Shown: positions 9,300 to 19,465, counted from the stretch's first letter. The stretch is 64,000 nt of DNA from Patescibacteria group bacterium (GCA_026004395.1 BPJB01000001.1:649226-713225), one strand, 5' to 3'. The notes: generated from the sequence alone by a model not told the origin. A program made the numbers and translations.

Positions 9300-10073
9300 T
9301 TAACATGCACCATTACATGTAGGTGAACAATATGTGCCTGTACCTTGAGGGACAACATTACATCGCTGGATCGGATCACCGCGACATGCATAATTTCGCT
9401 GTTCAATCGGACAATCTTCAGGAGTCTTTTCAGGATTTACCTGTTGATTACCAGTTGGAGAAGGCGAAGAACCAGGAGGCACAGGAAGAGAAGAAAACAC
9501 CGGATTTGCAACAACAACAGAACAATCAATATTGCCTGATAAAGCACAAGACCATGAGGTGTCATAATTGGGAGGAATACAACTTGAGGAAAAAGACTTG
9601 AGAGGACATGAGACATTTTGTTCAAGATCATTTTTAACGTAGATAATATTCCACTGAGGGCAAGGATCGTTTTGATCTACCTGATAAAGATAGCAATTAG
9701 CAGGATTAGATTCACAGTCTGGAGCTTGAGGAACTTTGGACATATAAACTGTTGATCCCACACGCCATTCAGAACCAAAAGGTATAGTTTTTGGATAACA
9801 ACCAAAATCATTGTAATAGGCATCTAAAGAATTCTTAAGCTCGTTTAAATCATGGGCTCGCGTCGCATCTTTGGCTTTTTTAATCTGTGAAATTGGATCG
9901 ATCAAAATAACAACAAATACTAGTAAAATAGAAAGGATAGCAATCTCTATTATCATTTCCAGCAATGATAAACCTTTAACCGGGTATAAATATTGAGCAA
10001 AATTCTGATAGAAAGGATGTTTATCAACTGCAAAAAGTGGCACTCGTTCTGTTGTATTATCTTTCATGTTCAA
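9300..10073 (-). CDS. Cysteine-rich GspG-like pilin with Pro/Ser linker and C-terminal 6-Cys module
   Basis: KG|LSLLEMII, AKDATRAHDL, YYNDFGCYP; paralogue of 8798-9295; ATGA overlap with pilD stop. Confidence 0.8.
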   Translation of the reverse strand: MNMKDNTTERVPLFAVDKHPFYQNFAQYLYPVKGLSLLEMIIEIAILSILLVFVVILIDPISQIKKAKDATRAHDLNELKNSLDAYYNDFGCYPKTIPFGSEWRVGSTVYMSKVPQAPDCESNPANCYLYQVDQNDPCPQWNIIYVKNDLEQNVSCPLKSFSSSCIPPNYDTSWSCALSGNIDCSVVVANPVFSSLPVPPGSSPSPTGNQQVNPEKTPEDCPIEQRNYACRGDPIQRCNVVPQGTGTYCSPTCNGAC

Positions 10074-10837
10074 AATAGGAAAAAATACTGCTTTGCAATT
10101 GACTCAAATATATTACCCCACAACATGACAAGTATTGTTCCAAAAACCAAAAATGGACCAAAAGGGATTGTATCTCCATGTAATTTCTTCTTTTTTAGTA
10201 AAACTAGTATGAGAGAAAGTATTGCACCTGTCAAGAAAGCAATATATAAACCTATGATAATTCCAGGAAAACCAAGAATAAATCCCATAACAAAAGAATA
10301 TAAAACATCTCCAAAACCCATACCTCTTCCTCTTGTCAAAAGGAAAACCGCCAAGAAAAATCCTCCTGCTGCAATTGCACTAACAACATGCGAAAAAAAT
10401 GAACTTTGATTGAGGATCAAAATCCCTATTCCTGAAATAAATGCCAAAAAAATACTTTGTACAGGAATAATGCCATAACGCCAATCTGTGACAAATATTA
10501 CAAAAAGTGATGCTAGCAAAAGAGTATAAAAAGATAATAAAAGGATAGAGGCATTTTTTAATGTTAAAAATATTATTGCAAAAATTATTCCCATTAATAC
10601 CTCGCTTACTGGATACCAAAATGACAGATTAGCATGACATGTTCTACATTTTCCTTGCAAAAAAATAAAAGAGAAAAGGGGGAAAAGCTCATACCACTTA
10701 AGAATACGCTGACAATTATCACAATGAGATCTTCCACTTATAAATGATTGATTTTTTGCAGATCTGTCTGCAACAACAAGAAAGAAACTTCCGAAAAATA
10801 ATCCTGCAAGAAAAGCAAATACCACTGACAGATCCAT
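10070..10837 (-). CDS. pilD: Prepilin peptidase A24
   Basis: GSFF.VVADR, RSHCDNC and GKCRTC Zn motifs, GMGFGD, IPFGPFL. Confidence 0.95.
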   Translation of the reverse strand: MDLSVVFAFLAGLFFGSFFLVVADRSAKNQSFISGRSHCDNCQRILKWYELFPLFSFIFLQGKCRTCHANLSFWYPVSEVLMGIIFAIIFLTLKNASILLLSFYTLLLASLFVIFVTDWRYGIIPVQSIFLAFISGIGILILNQSSFFSHVVSAIAAGGFFLAVFLLTRGRGMGFGDVLYSFVMGFILGFPGIIIGLYIAFLTGAILSLILVLLKKKKLHGDTIPFGPFLVFGTILVMLWGNIFESIAKQYFFLF

Positions 10838-10915
10838 AATAAAAGCATAACACAGACGATACTCATCATGTAAAGAGCTGTGTTATAATCTACTTCATTA
10901 CCATATAATTTATTT

Positions 10916-11956
10916 ATGGCTCTACCAAAAGTTGCAATTGTTGTACTTAATTACAATGGTTGGCGTGAAACAGTCCATTGTCTTAAGACTCTTCTATTGA
11001 CTGATTATCCTCAGTTCACAATTCATGTTCTTGATAATGGTTCACAACGTAATGAGCTTACTATATTAAAACGTCGTTTTAACGATCCAAGAATTGTTTT
11101 TCATCGTATTATAAAAAATATTGGTTATTCGGGAGGCAATAACTATCTTTTCAATAAAATTAATGAGAAATATATAGCACTTGTAAATAATGATGTAGAG
11201 GTACCAAGTAATTGGCTCAAACCACTTGTTAATGTACTTGAGAAAGATAAAACAATTGCAATCGTACAGCCAAAGATACTTTGGTTTAAGAATAAACGTT
11301 ATTTTGATTATTCAGGTGCTTGTGGGGGTTATATAGATATTTTTGGATATCCTTTTACTCGTGGACGAATTTTCAATACTATAGAAGAAGATAGGGGACA
11401 GTATGATAAGGAAGTAGATCTTTTTTGGGCGAGTGGTGCAACAATGCTTATGAGAATGAGTGCGCTACGAAAAGTTGGAGGATTTGATGAAAGATTCTTT
11501 AATTATATGGAAGAGATAGATCTTTGTTTTAGACTTCATCGAGCAGGATATAGGGTAGTCTTCACACCCAAATCCTATGTTTATCATAAAGTAGCAGCAA
11601 CTCTTTCACGAAAGCCTATGAAAAAACGTTTTTGGGAACACCGAAACAACATACTTATGATTATAAAAAATTATCCTTTAGGAAAACTCCTTTTGATTCT
11701 CCCTATAAGAATTTTATTGGAGTATCTTAGCTTTATATATTATCTAGGATCACAACAATTTGATTATGCACTGGCAGTTATCTACAGCCAAATTTCTCTT
11801 TTATACATGGGGCCGCTTTTTTTCATTCAAAGACTAAGTAAATCTGTTAAAGAAACCTCAAAAATGAAAAAAATTATCTACTCAAAGAGCATTGTAATCG
11901 ATTATTATTTATTTAAAAAACGCAACTATCATTCTCTTGAATGGAGAGAAAACTAA
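10916..11956 (+). CDS. Glycosyltransferase family 2 (WbbL-like)
   Basis: VVLNYNG, LDNGS, NNDV, GGFDERFF.YMEEIDLC.R. Confidence 0.9.
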   Translation: MALPKVAIVVLNYNGWRETVHCLKTLLLTDYPQFTIHVLDNGSQRNELTILKRRFNDPRIVFHRIIKNIGYSGGNNYLFNKINEKYIALVNNDVEVPSNWLKPLVNVLEKDKTIAIVQPKILWFKNKRYFDYSGACGGYIDIFGYPFTRGRIFNTIEEDRGQYDKEVDLFWASGATMLMRMSALRKVGGFDERFFNYMEEIDLCFRLHRAGYRVVFTPKSYVYHKVAATLSRKPMKKRFWEHRNNILMIIKNYPLGKLLLILPIRILLEYLSFIYYLGSQQFDYALAVIYSQISLLYMGPLFFIQRLSKSVKETSKMKKIIYSKSIVIDYYLFKKRNYHSLEWREN

Positions 11957-12933
11957 TGCGAATTATTTATCTTCTATTTAATACAAAAAAAAATGGTGGT
12001 AATAAAGTAATTCTTGACCAAGTATCTCAATTAATTTCATTTGGACATAATGTTGAAGTTATCACTATTTTAGGAAAAAGTTTTCATTGGTACAATCAAA
12101 AAGTTATTACCAAAAAAATTTCCATAAAAAATTTTTTTACTAGATATGATTATCTCATCTGTACTTTCTGGCCAACAGCATATATTGGACTATTTTTACC
12201 AGCTAAAAAAAAATCTTATTTTATCCAAGCTCTTGAAGAAAACTTCTCCAATAACTATATTTATAAGTTTCTTGTTCGTTTAACTTATAAACTTCCTTAT
12301 AAATTTATTGTAACTACACAGTTTTTAAAAAAATCACTATTAACATATGGAATACCTAAAAAAAATATTTCCATCATCAATAATATTACTATCGATCCTC
12401 ATTTCTTCCAAAAAAAACATAGGCGAATAAACAAAAGGAGAATCAAAATATTAACAGTTATGTCTTACTATTTACCCTATAAAGGTCCTGATATTTATCT
12501 ACAGATTCTTAAAATGTTGAAACAAAATTACCCAATTTATACTACACTTGTCAGTATGGAAAGATATTCGCTGTCTCCGCTTGTTGATAAGTTTATTTCT
12601 AACCCTTCTGCGCAACAATTAGCTAGACTCTATTTATCACACGATATTTTACTTGTTACTAGTAGATCAGAAGGATTTTTCTTACCTGGAATTGAAGCAA
12701 TGGCTGCTGGATGCCTAGTAATTAGTACTAATAGTGGTGGAATTTTAACCTATGCCAAACACAACTACAATGCTTATATTTTTAAAGATATAGATCAAAT
12801 AATAAATATATTTGACGAACTACTACATAACCATCAACTAGAAACCAGGATACGCAACAATGCCTATAGAACAGCTGAAAAATATCGCACAATATCTTCT
12901 TCAGACGTACTAAAAAGGACTTTTTCTTTATGA
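11956..12933 (+). CDS. Glycosyltransferase family 4
   Basis: GGNKV N-terminal loop, SEGFFLPGIEAMAAG (EX7E); likely start MRIIYL coupled to upstream stop. Confidence 0.88.
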   Translation: MRIIYLLFNTKKNGGNKVILDQVSQLISFGHNVEVITILGKSFHWYNQKVITKKISIKNFFTRYDYLICTFWPTAYIGLFLPAKKKSYFIQALEENFSNNYIYKFLVRLTYKLPYKFIVTTQFLKKSLLTYGIPKKNISIINNITIDPHFFQKKHRRINKRRIKILTVMSYYLPYKGPDIYLQILKMLKQNYPIYTTLVSMERYSLSPLVDKFISNPSAQQLARLYLSHDILLVTSRSEGFFLPGIEAMAAGCLVISTNSGGILTYAKHNYNAYIFKDIDQIINIFDELLHNHQLETRIRNNAYRTAEKYRTISSSDVLKRTFSL

Positions 12934-13742
12934 ACAGTTCATATTTCCAAAGAATCAAACAAAAAATGCAATACCTTATTCGTTATGCATATATTTCTCC
13001 TCAAAAAAATATCGTTACTTTATATAAAACATGGTTCTATGTAATTATGGATCTTTTCCCCTGGAAAAAGGGTAGAGTAGTAACTCACATCCTGAATAAC
13101 GGGACACGATTCCTAATCCGACTACATTCATTCGATATGATTATTCTTAATGAAATATATATTCTTAATCTTTACTTACCTTTCACTTCTTTAATTAAAA
13201 AAGGAGATGTAATAGATATTGGAGCACATATTGGTATTTTTTCAGTATTCGCTGTTCATACATTTAAACCTCATCGTGTTCTTGCCTTTGAACCATACAC
13301 TCCCAATTTTTCATTATTGAAAAAAAATATAGAGTATAATAAGCTCACGTCAATCATCTTACCCATCAAATTAGCAGTAGGGGAAAGAAATGGCAAAGGC
13401 AATCTTTTTATTGATGAAAAAAACACAGGGGGTCATTCACTACATACTAATCTCCTCTCAAAATCAGAACATAAAGAAATTATCTCCATCACCACTCTTG
13501 ATAATATCTTCACAACCCATTCAATTAAGAATTGTTCAATACTTAAACTAGATTGTGAAGGTGCAGAATACGATATTCTCAAAGCTGCATCAGACGAAAC
13601 ACTTAAAAAAATACAATTAATTATTCTCGAATATCATCCCAACTATTCACTTGAAAAACTGCAATCTTTTCTAAAAAACAAAGGATTTATTATTTCACCC
13701 GGAAGATCGGGTTTTCCTATTCTATTTGCTATTAAAAGATAA
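12930..13742 (+). CDS. FkbM-family SAM methyltransferase
   Basis: VIDIGAHIG.FS, AFEP, LKLDCEGAEYDIL. Confidence 0.92.
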   Translation: MNSSYFQRIKQKMQYLIRYAYISPQKNIVTLYKTWFYVIMDLFPWKKGRVVTHILNNGTRFLIRLHSFDMIILNEIYILNLYLPFTSLIKKGDVIDIGAHIGIFSVFAVHTFKPHRVLAFEPYTPNFSLLKKNIEYNKLTSIILPIKLAVGERNGKGNLFIDEKNTGGHSLHTNLLSKSEHKEIISITTLDNIFTTHSIKNCSILKLDCEGAEYDILKAASDETLKKIQLIILEYHPNYSLEKLQSFLKNKGFIISPGRSGFPILFAIKR

Positions 13743-13756
13743 GTAAGAAATAATTT

Positions 13757-15766
13757 TTACTGCACAAGCGCTCTTACATCTTCCTTAAGTGGTTTACCAA
13801 ATTTTTGTTCATATACTCTTGCGATATCTTCAGCATGTTTTTCATTTTTAACACAAGAAGTATATGTTACATACAACAAAACATAACCCTGCGCATATGC
13901 AGGATCGCCTGCAACGACAGTTTGGAATGCTGAGAGAGCTTTTGCACAATCTCTCTTTGCCAAAAAATACGTTCCTTTACCAACAAGTGATGTTTTCTCC
14001 TCAGGATGTATTGCAAGTGCTTTATCATAAAATAAATTAGCAAGTTCCATGTCATTGTATTTCAAAAGAATATATTTCCCCGAAAAACCGTAAGCTACAG
14101 CATACAGAACAGGAAACTCTGCTATAGTAAGATTGCGCTCTGCAAGTGTAAGATCACTCTTTTTCTTATAGTTAAGATTTGATAGAAGTCGCATTTGTTG
14201 CTTGGCATATCTCTCTTTTTCCATCTCCTGTGTTGGTGACACAAGTTGATAAACAAGTCCGTATGGCCTCCAATGGTAACCCTTTTTTTTAAACTCTGAA
14301 CTGAGAATCTCAGTTAATGAAAAAACCTCTCTCTTTTTATGCATGGATATCAGTGCAGGAACAAGAGGATTTTTCTCCTTTGGATATTCTTTTTTTGCGT
14401 GTTTTATTTCGCTTTCAAGAAGTTGTGAAGTATTTAATCGTGCCAAATTAATAATATCTACATCCTCACGAATATGAAATGCTGTCTGCACAAATTTAGT
14501 ATTAAAAAAAATACTATCTCCATACAAAAAAAGAACACTTTTCTGAGGAAGATTGCTAATTATATCTCTCCCCAAATTTTCACCTATCATAATCCCTCGT
14601 AAATTTGTTTTGGGAAAATTGTTAATAAAAAGCGTTAATGGTATTATGCCAAAAAGTGTTATAATCGCCAAATTGTAAGATTTTATACGACTTTTTTCTG
14701 GAAGACGTGACAAGATAAATGCGTTGATTATTGTAATGAATTCTAAAAACCCAATTGGAAATAAAAGAAGTAACAATATAGCAGAATTTTGATAAAATCT
14801 CTCAATTACACCATGTTGAAAACTTGAATACATTGGTGTACTGACGTACATTACAAAAAATGGACCAAAAAGAAAAATCGCCAATAAAAAACTAAAAAAC
14901 AGTAAATAGTGTTTGCGCAAAATAAGAGAAATCAGACCAAGTAAGACAAAAAAAATGACAGGCGGAGTAAGCTCTACAAAAATATCAAATACATATTGTT
15001 TAAGAGATAAAAAACGATTTATTGTATCTATTGCTCCAGGCATATACCCATAATCTAAACGCAAAATATATCTTATAAAAGACTCAATGGAGTTAACTTT
15101 AGTCCACAGTGTCTCTCCACCAAAAAAAGAGGCAAATGGAATATACAAATACGGTAGAAGTCCAATCAAAGCAAACAAAACACCTCTTAAAATTACTTTA
15201 AATTGTCTTAATAATGAAAGATTTTTATAAAAAACTAGCAAAGCAAGACTTGGAAAAAGAAGAACAATAACTAAATGATGGGCGAGAGTAAGACCACCAA
15301 CAAAACAAAGAAGATAAAAAAGTCTAGTTGTTTTATACTTTTGATAAAGAAGTGTGATATACAACAAAAGTAAAAGAAAAAAACTATGCATAGCAAAAAC
15401 TTCAGATAGTTCAGCATATAGCCAAAAAGTTGAATATGTACCCAAAATTAATGCGGAAATAAAACCAATCAAAGTATTTTTAGTTAAAAAATAAGATATT
15501 TTATAAAATACTACGACAGCAAGTGCTGAAGAGACAGCCGATATCAAGCCCACTTTCCATGTAAATGATTGGGAGAGGGGAAAAAAAGAAAACAAAATTC
15601 CCAAAAGAGTATATAAAGGATAGCCAGGAGGATGTGGATAGGTAAAATTATAAATAGAATACAAAAAATCTCCTACATCACCACCAAAAACATGATCAGA
15701 AAGATTTAGTGTATAAACAAAAATAAAAAATAAAAAAAGAATTAAAGATGGTTTTATAAAACGCAT
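13757..15766 (-). CDS. DUF2723/TMEM260-like GT-C glycosyltransferase with C-terminal TPR
   Basis: GGDVGDF, PHPPGYPLYTLLG, AEL.EVF, LAHH, YLYIP, ERF motifs; many TM segments; TPR-like helices at C-terminus. Confidence 0.85.
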   Translation of the reverse strand: MRFIKPSLILFLFFIFVYTLNLSDHVFGGDVGDFLYSIYNFTYPHPPGYPLYTLLGILFSFFPLSQSFTWKVGLISAVSSALAVVVFYKISYFLTKNTLIGFISALILGTYSTFWLYAELSEVFAMHSFFLLLLLYITLLYQKYKTTRLFYLLCFVGGLTLAHHLVIVLLFPSLALLVFYKNLSLLRQFKVILRGVLFALIGLLPYLYIPFASFFGGETLWTKVNSIESFIRYILRLDYGYMPGAIDTINRFLSLKQYVFDIFVELTPPVIFFVLLGLISLILRKHYLLFFSFLLAIFLFGPFFVMYVSTPMYSSFQHGVIERFYQNSAILLLLLFPIGFLEFITIINAFILSRLPEKSRIKSYNLAIITLFGIIPLTLFINNFPKTNLRGIMIGENLGRDIISNLPQKSVLFLYGDSIFFNTKFVQTAFHIREDVDIINLARLNTSQLLESEIKHAKKEYPKEKNPLVPALISMHKKREVFSLTEILSSEFKKKGYHWRPYGLVYQLVSPTQEMEKERYAKQQMRLLSNLNYKKKSDLTLAERNLTIAEFPVLYAVAYGFSGKYILLKYNDMELANLFYDKALAIHPEEKTSLVGKGTYFLAKRDCAKALSAFQTVVAGDPAYAQGYVLLYVTYTSCVKNEKHAEDIARVYEQKFGKPLKEDVRALVQ

Positions 15767-15776
15767 GTATTATTTA

Positions 15777-16331
15777 TTATAATACAGCGCACCAGTAGCA
15801 GTCAGCAGAGCCTCCTTTTGATTTGCACGTTGCTGATGTGGGAGTACCGTCAATACCGTAAATTGTATTGGCATCTCTCTGTTGTGCTTTTGATTGAGGT
15901 TTGTAGCAGGCTGTTACAGTATTTGTTGATCCTGTGAAATAAATCTCTTTGATAATATTTGTTGCTGTATTATAACCAGTTTTAAGCTCTCCATCACTTA
16001 TCAAAGCCTGAACACATGTAGTTCCACCATCAACAGAAGAGTTCAAATTAACCGAAACTGCATTATAATCATTACCTGAGCAACCCAAATAACCTCCCTC
16101 ATTAGTACTAGCCCATGGCATACCATTATGTGTAGTAAAGTAGCGAAGATTTGCATTGATAAACTCAACTGTACTATTTTTTACATTTGAATCTTGGGCT
16201 TTTTTCAGTTGCTCAAAAGGATCAATTGTGGCAATGAGAGCTGATGCAAGAATACCTAAAATTCCAATAACAACTAAAAGCTCTATAAGTGTGAATCCTT
16301 TTGAAAGTGATTGAATTCGGGCAGTTATCAT
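15777..16331 (-). CDS. Type IV pilin (candidate major pilin)
   Basis: KG|FTLIELLVVIGILGIL, IDPFEQLKKAQD; short leader; separate from the main pilin cluster. Confidence 0.88.
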   Translation of the reverse strand: MITARIQSLSKGFTLIELLVVIGILGILASALIATIDPFEQLKKAQDSNVKNSTVEFINANLRYFTTHNGMPWASTNEGGYLGCSGNDYNAVSVNLNSSVDGGTTCVQALISDGELKTGYNTATNIIKEIYFTGSTNTVTACYKPQSKAQQRDANTIYGIDGTPTSATCKSKGGSADCYWCAVL

Positions 16332-16516
16332 ATTTGCTTAAAATTTATCTCTACATTAATTATTGACATGTATTTTAAAAGTTGTCAAGTAGTATTTTGG
16401 TCTAATTCTATTTTCTCTATCATTTTAGCTTAATCTAAATTACTAATAATTTACTTCTTTGTTCGCTGTCTATATAAAAATTTAATAAATTTGATATAAA
16501 ATTATTTAATTGAAAT

Positions 16517-17914
16517 TTAATTCTTGCTTATAGGCAGAGAAAAAGTAACAGATGTCCCTCTACCGATACCATCTGAGTGTATCCAGATTTCTCCTCCATG
16601 CATCTGAACAATCGATTTACAGATATAAAGCCCCAGTCCTGTTCCTTGTGTTGCTGATTTGTTGACTGTATAAGAACCATGTAGAAAACCGAATTTTTGA
16701 AATAACCTTGGCATTTCCTCCTGTGGAATACCTGATCCAGTGTCCGAAATTACCGTATCAACTCTTTGATCTTTTGGAGAGTAGGAGAGAGTTATTGTAA
16801 TTTTTCCACCAACAGGTGTAAATTTAATTGCATTATCTAGCAGATTATTAAGTACCTCCTTTATTTTCTCAGGATCAGCAACCACATTGGGAATTTCTTG
16901 AGGAAAATTACAAGAAAGAATAAGACCTGCTTGTTCGATGCGCGGTTTCAGCTCATCAACCACTTCTGAGATGAGATTGGGAAGAGCTGTTGACTGAAGT
17001 GCGAGAGAGATTCTACCTGACTCAATCCGAGAAATATTGAGCATATCGCCAACAAGTTTTATCAGTCTATCAACTGATGTGTAAGCTCTATTCAAATAAT
17101 ACACCTGCTTCTCAGTCAAAGGACCGCCTCTGCCAGCAAGCGCCATCCACAAATACGACTTAATCGCTGTCATGGGTGTACGCAACTCATGTGAGGCTAA
17201 AGATACAAACTCGTCTTTTAATACATCTAACTCCTGAAGCTTCTGATTACTTTTTTGTAACTCTTGATAAAGAAGTGCATGATCCATCACAATTCCTACA
17301 ACACCAACCAGACGACCAATTAAATCCATTTGATACTCTGTAAGTTCTTTTTCTGTTGCCTGATGACCAACTACAATTGCTCCCAGAGTTTCCTCTCGAA
17401 CCCTCAAAGGAAAAATCAGATAGGTTTTTATTTGACTAAGCTGCTGAAGTTTATTTGCCTCCTCATCAGATAAATCATGAAGTGTCACCTCTTTTAGATT
17501 GTTGGTTGCTTTGTACCTGCCTTCGGTTACTACCTGCACAATTGCATTTTCTTTTTTAGCAAGAGAAATGGCTTCACCCGGTTGAGCATAATTTTTAAGT
17601 CTCTCTCTGCTTGCCTCAATATTGGAACTCTCTGCTATACCAAATCTCACAAGCATCTTTTTTTGTTTATCAATAACTAAAATACTCGCAAAAAGAAAAT
17701 CAGCTTCTGTAACTAAAATTCTGGCAACTTGTGTTGCGATCTCAATTGGATCATTGACAGAGCTAAAAATAATATCGTCTATTCTTCTAAAAAGAGTAAG
17801 TGTCTTATTGCGTTCTGCCAGCTCTATATTTTTTCTGAGCATTTCCTGATTAATATGTTCAAGATCTTTTGTTATATCGCTTTGTTGAGATTGAATTTGT
17901 GTAACATCTGACAT
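16517..17914 (-). CDS. Cytoplasmic GAF-domain sensor histidine kinase
   Basis: ASHELRTPMT H-box, NNLLDNAIKFT N-box, DTGSGI, GTGLGL; GAF-like N-terminal region, no TM. Confidence 0.93.
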   Translation of the reverse strand: MSDVTQIQSQQSDITKDLEHINQEMLRKNIELAERNKTLTLFRRIDDIIFSSVNDPIEIATQVARILVTEADFLFASILVIDKQKKMLVRFGIAESSNIEASRERLKNYAQPGEAISLAKKENAIVQVVTEGRYKATNNLKEVTLHDLSDEEANKLQQLSQIKTYLIFPLRVREETLGAIVVGHQATEKELTEYQMDLIGRLVGVVGIVMDHALLYQELQKSNQKLQELDVLKDEFVSLASHELRTPMTAIKSYLWMALAGRGGPLTEKQVYYLNRAYTSVDRLIKLVGDMLNISRIESGRISLALQSTALPNLISEVVDELKPRIEQAGLILSCNFPQEIPNVVADPEKIKEVLNNLLDNAIKFTPVGGKITITLSYSPKDQRVDTVISDTGSGIPQEEMPRLFQKFGFLHGSYTVNKSATQGTGLGLYICKSIVQMHGGEIWIHSDGIGRGTSVTFSLPISKN

Positions 17915-17920
17915 ATTTCT

Positions 17921-19402
17921 TCAAAGAATTGTATGTTCTAATTCTTTTACCTCCTGATGTTTGTTTTGTGAGTTGGCAATGAATTCCCTATCTGAGTCTG
18001 CAAATTTTTTCAGTGTAAAGGAGAAAGTCGCCCCTTTGCCTATCCCATCAGAAAAAGCACTTATCTTACCTCCATGCATCTGAACAATTGATTTACAAAT
18101 ATAAAGCCCCAGTCCTGTTCCAACCGTTGCGTTTTTGTTTACTGTATAAGATCCTGGAAGAATACCAAACTTTTGGAAAAGCTTCGGCATATCCTCCTGT
18201 GGTATTCCAATACCATTATCAGATATACTAACAGTAACAAATTTCTGATCCGACGTAAAGGTAATAACAACTGATCCACCTCTAGGAGTAAACTTTAAAG
18301 AATTACCAATAAGATTGATCAAAACTTCTTTGATTTTGGTAGCGTCTGCAAGAACTGGAGGGATATTGATTCCGTGAGAAATAGTTATAGATATACCAAG
18401 TTCTTCTGCTCTTGGTAATACTTCTTCATAAACCTCGTGTGTAAGTTTTTCTATATCTACTTGTTCTAAATTGAGAGCAATCCTTCCTGACTCGATACGT
18501 GAGATATTCAGCATATCGTTTACTAATTTAATTAACCTATCTGAAGCATTATATGCTCGTTCCAAATAATAATGTTGCTTCTTGGTCAAAGAACCGCCTC
18601 TGCCAGCAAGCGCCATCCACAAATACGACTTAATCGCTGTCATGGGTGTACGCAACTCATGTGAGGCTAATGATACAAACTCGTCTTTTAGTTGATCTAG
18701 CTTCTGTAATTGATCATTTGCTTCCTTTAACTGTTTAGTTGCCGAGGTGAGATTACGATAAAGCAGTGCATGCTGAAGAGCGATAGATGAACCATCAACA
18801 AACATCTGAAAAATAGTATATTCATAACTAGTGATTTCAGATTCTTTTTTAGGAGTACTGGCAACAAACACTCCAATCGGTTCATTTTCCATATAAAGTG
18901 GATAAATAAGAGTAGTACGAGTCTTCATGATAGACTGAATTTTGAAAGCTTCTTCTGCTGACAGAACAGGGCAGAGGACATCATAAACTTGAGTCGTTGT
19001 ATAGTGTTTTTTTTCTCTAAGAGAACGCGCCATAAGATTATTGGGATCATTGATACTTATCTCAATCTGTGTAAAAGGTACTCGAAGTGCTTGGATTGCT
19101 TTTTCTGCTTCTTCAGTATGAGATGCAGCTATACGACGTAAAACTTTGCGATCTTTATCGTAAATGGCTAAAACACCAGTAGCAAATTTGAGCTCGCTAG
19201 GAATATAATCAGCAATCTTTTGTGCTACTGCCTCAAAATTGAGATCACCAAGAATTATTTTATTGATTTTTTGAGCTGCAAGAATAGCTTTCTTCTGATA
19301 GTTTAGCCTATTATGAGTAAATCTTACGAAAACAAAAAGAAATGCAAGTGTCAAAAAGATAACCAACCCATTTACCAAAAAAAAGGCAGTTTCAATACTC
19401 AT
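17921..19402 (-). CDS. Single-TM GAF-domain sensor histidine kinase
   Basis: N-terminal TM, GAF-like region, ASHELRTPMT, NLIGNSLKFT, DNGIGI, GTGLGL. Confidence 0.93.
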   Translation of the reverse strand: MSIETAFFLVNGLVIFLTLAFLFVFVRFTHNRLNYQKKAILAAQKINKIILGDLNFEAVAQKIADYIPSELKFATGVLAIYDKDRKVLRRIAASHTEEAEKAIQALRVPFTQIEISINDPNNLMARSLREKKHYTTTQVYDVLCPVLSAEEAFKIQSIMKTRTTLIYPLYMENEPIGVFVASTPKKESEITSYEYTIFQMFVDGSSIALQHALLYRNLTSATKQLKEANDQLQKLDQLKDEFVSLASHELRTPMTAIKSYLWMALAGRGGSLTKKQHYYLERAYNASDRLIKLVNDMLNISRIESGRIALNLEQVDIEKLTHEVYEEVLPRAEELGISITISHGINIPPVLADATKIKEVLINLIGNSLKFTPRGGSVVITFTSDQKFVTVSISDNGIGIPQEDMPKLFQKFGILPGSYTVNKNATVGTGLGLYICKSIVQMHGGKISAFSDGIGKGATFSFTLKKFADSDREFIANSQNKHQEVKELEHTIL

Positions 19403-19465
19403 TATTAATGAGTATATATCGGAGATGAAATTATGTAAAATAAATTCAAAAAAAAAGTCAAGATA

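Noticed and set aside
9296-9406. ORF-track N-terminal extensions (e.g. starts 452, 1594, 9406, 21241, 22741, 47778, 48364)
   Set aside because: They overlap neighbouring genes, promoters or hairpins; downstream ATGs fit family motifs, SD or -10 spacing better.
16517-19402. Diversity-generating retroelement TR/VR pair in the kinase repeats
   Set aside because: No reverse transcriptase; both copies are coding and the few differences are synonymous rather than diversifying.
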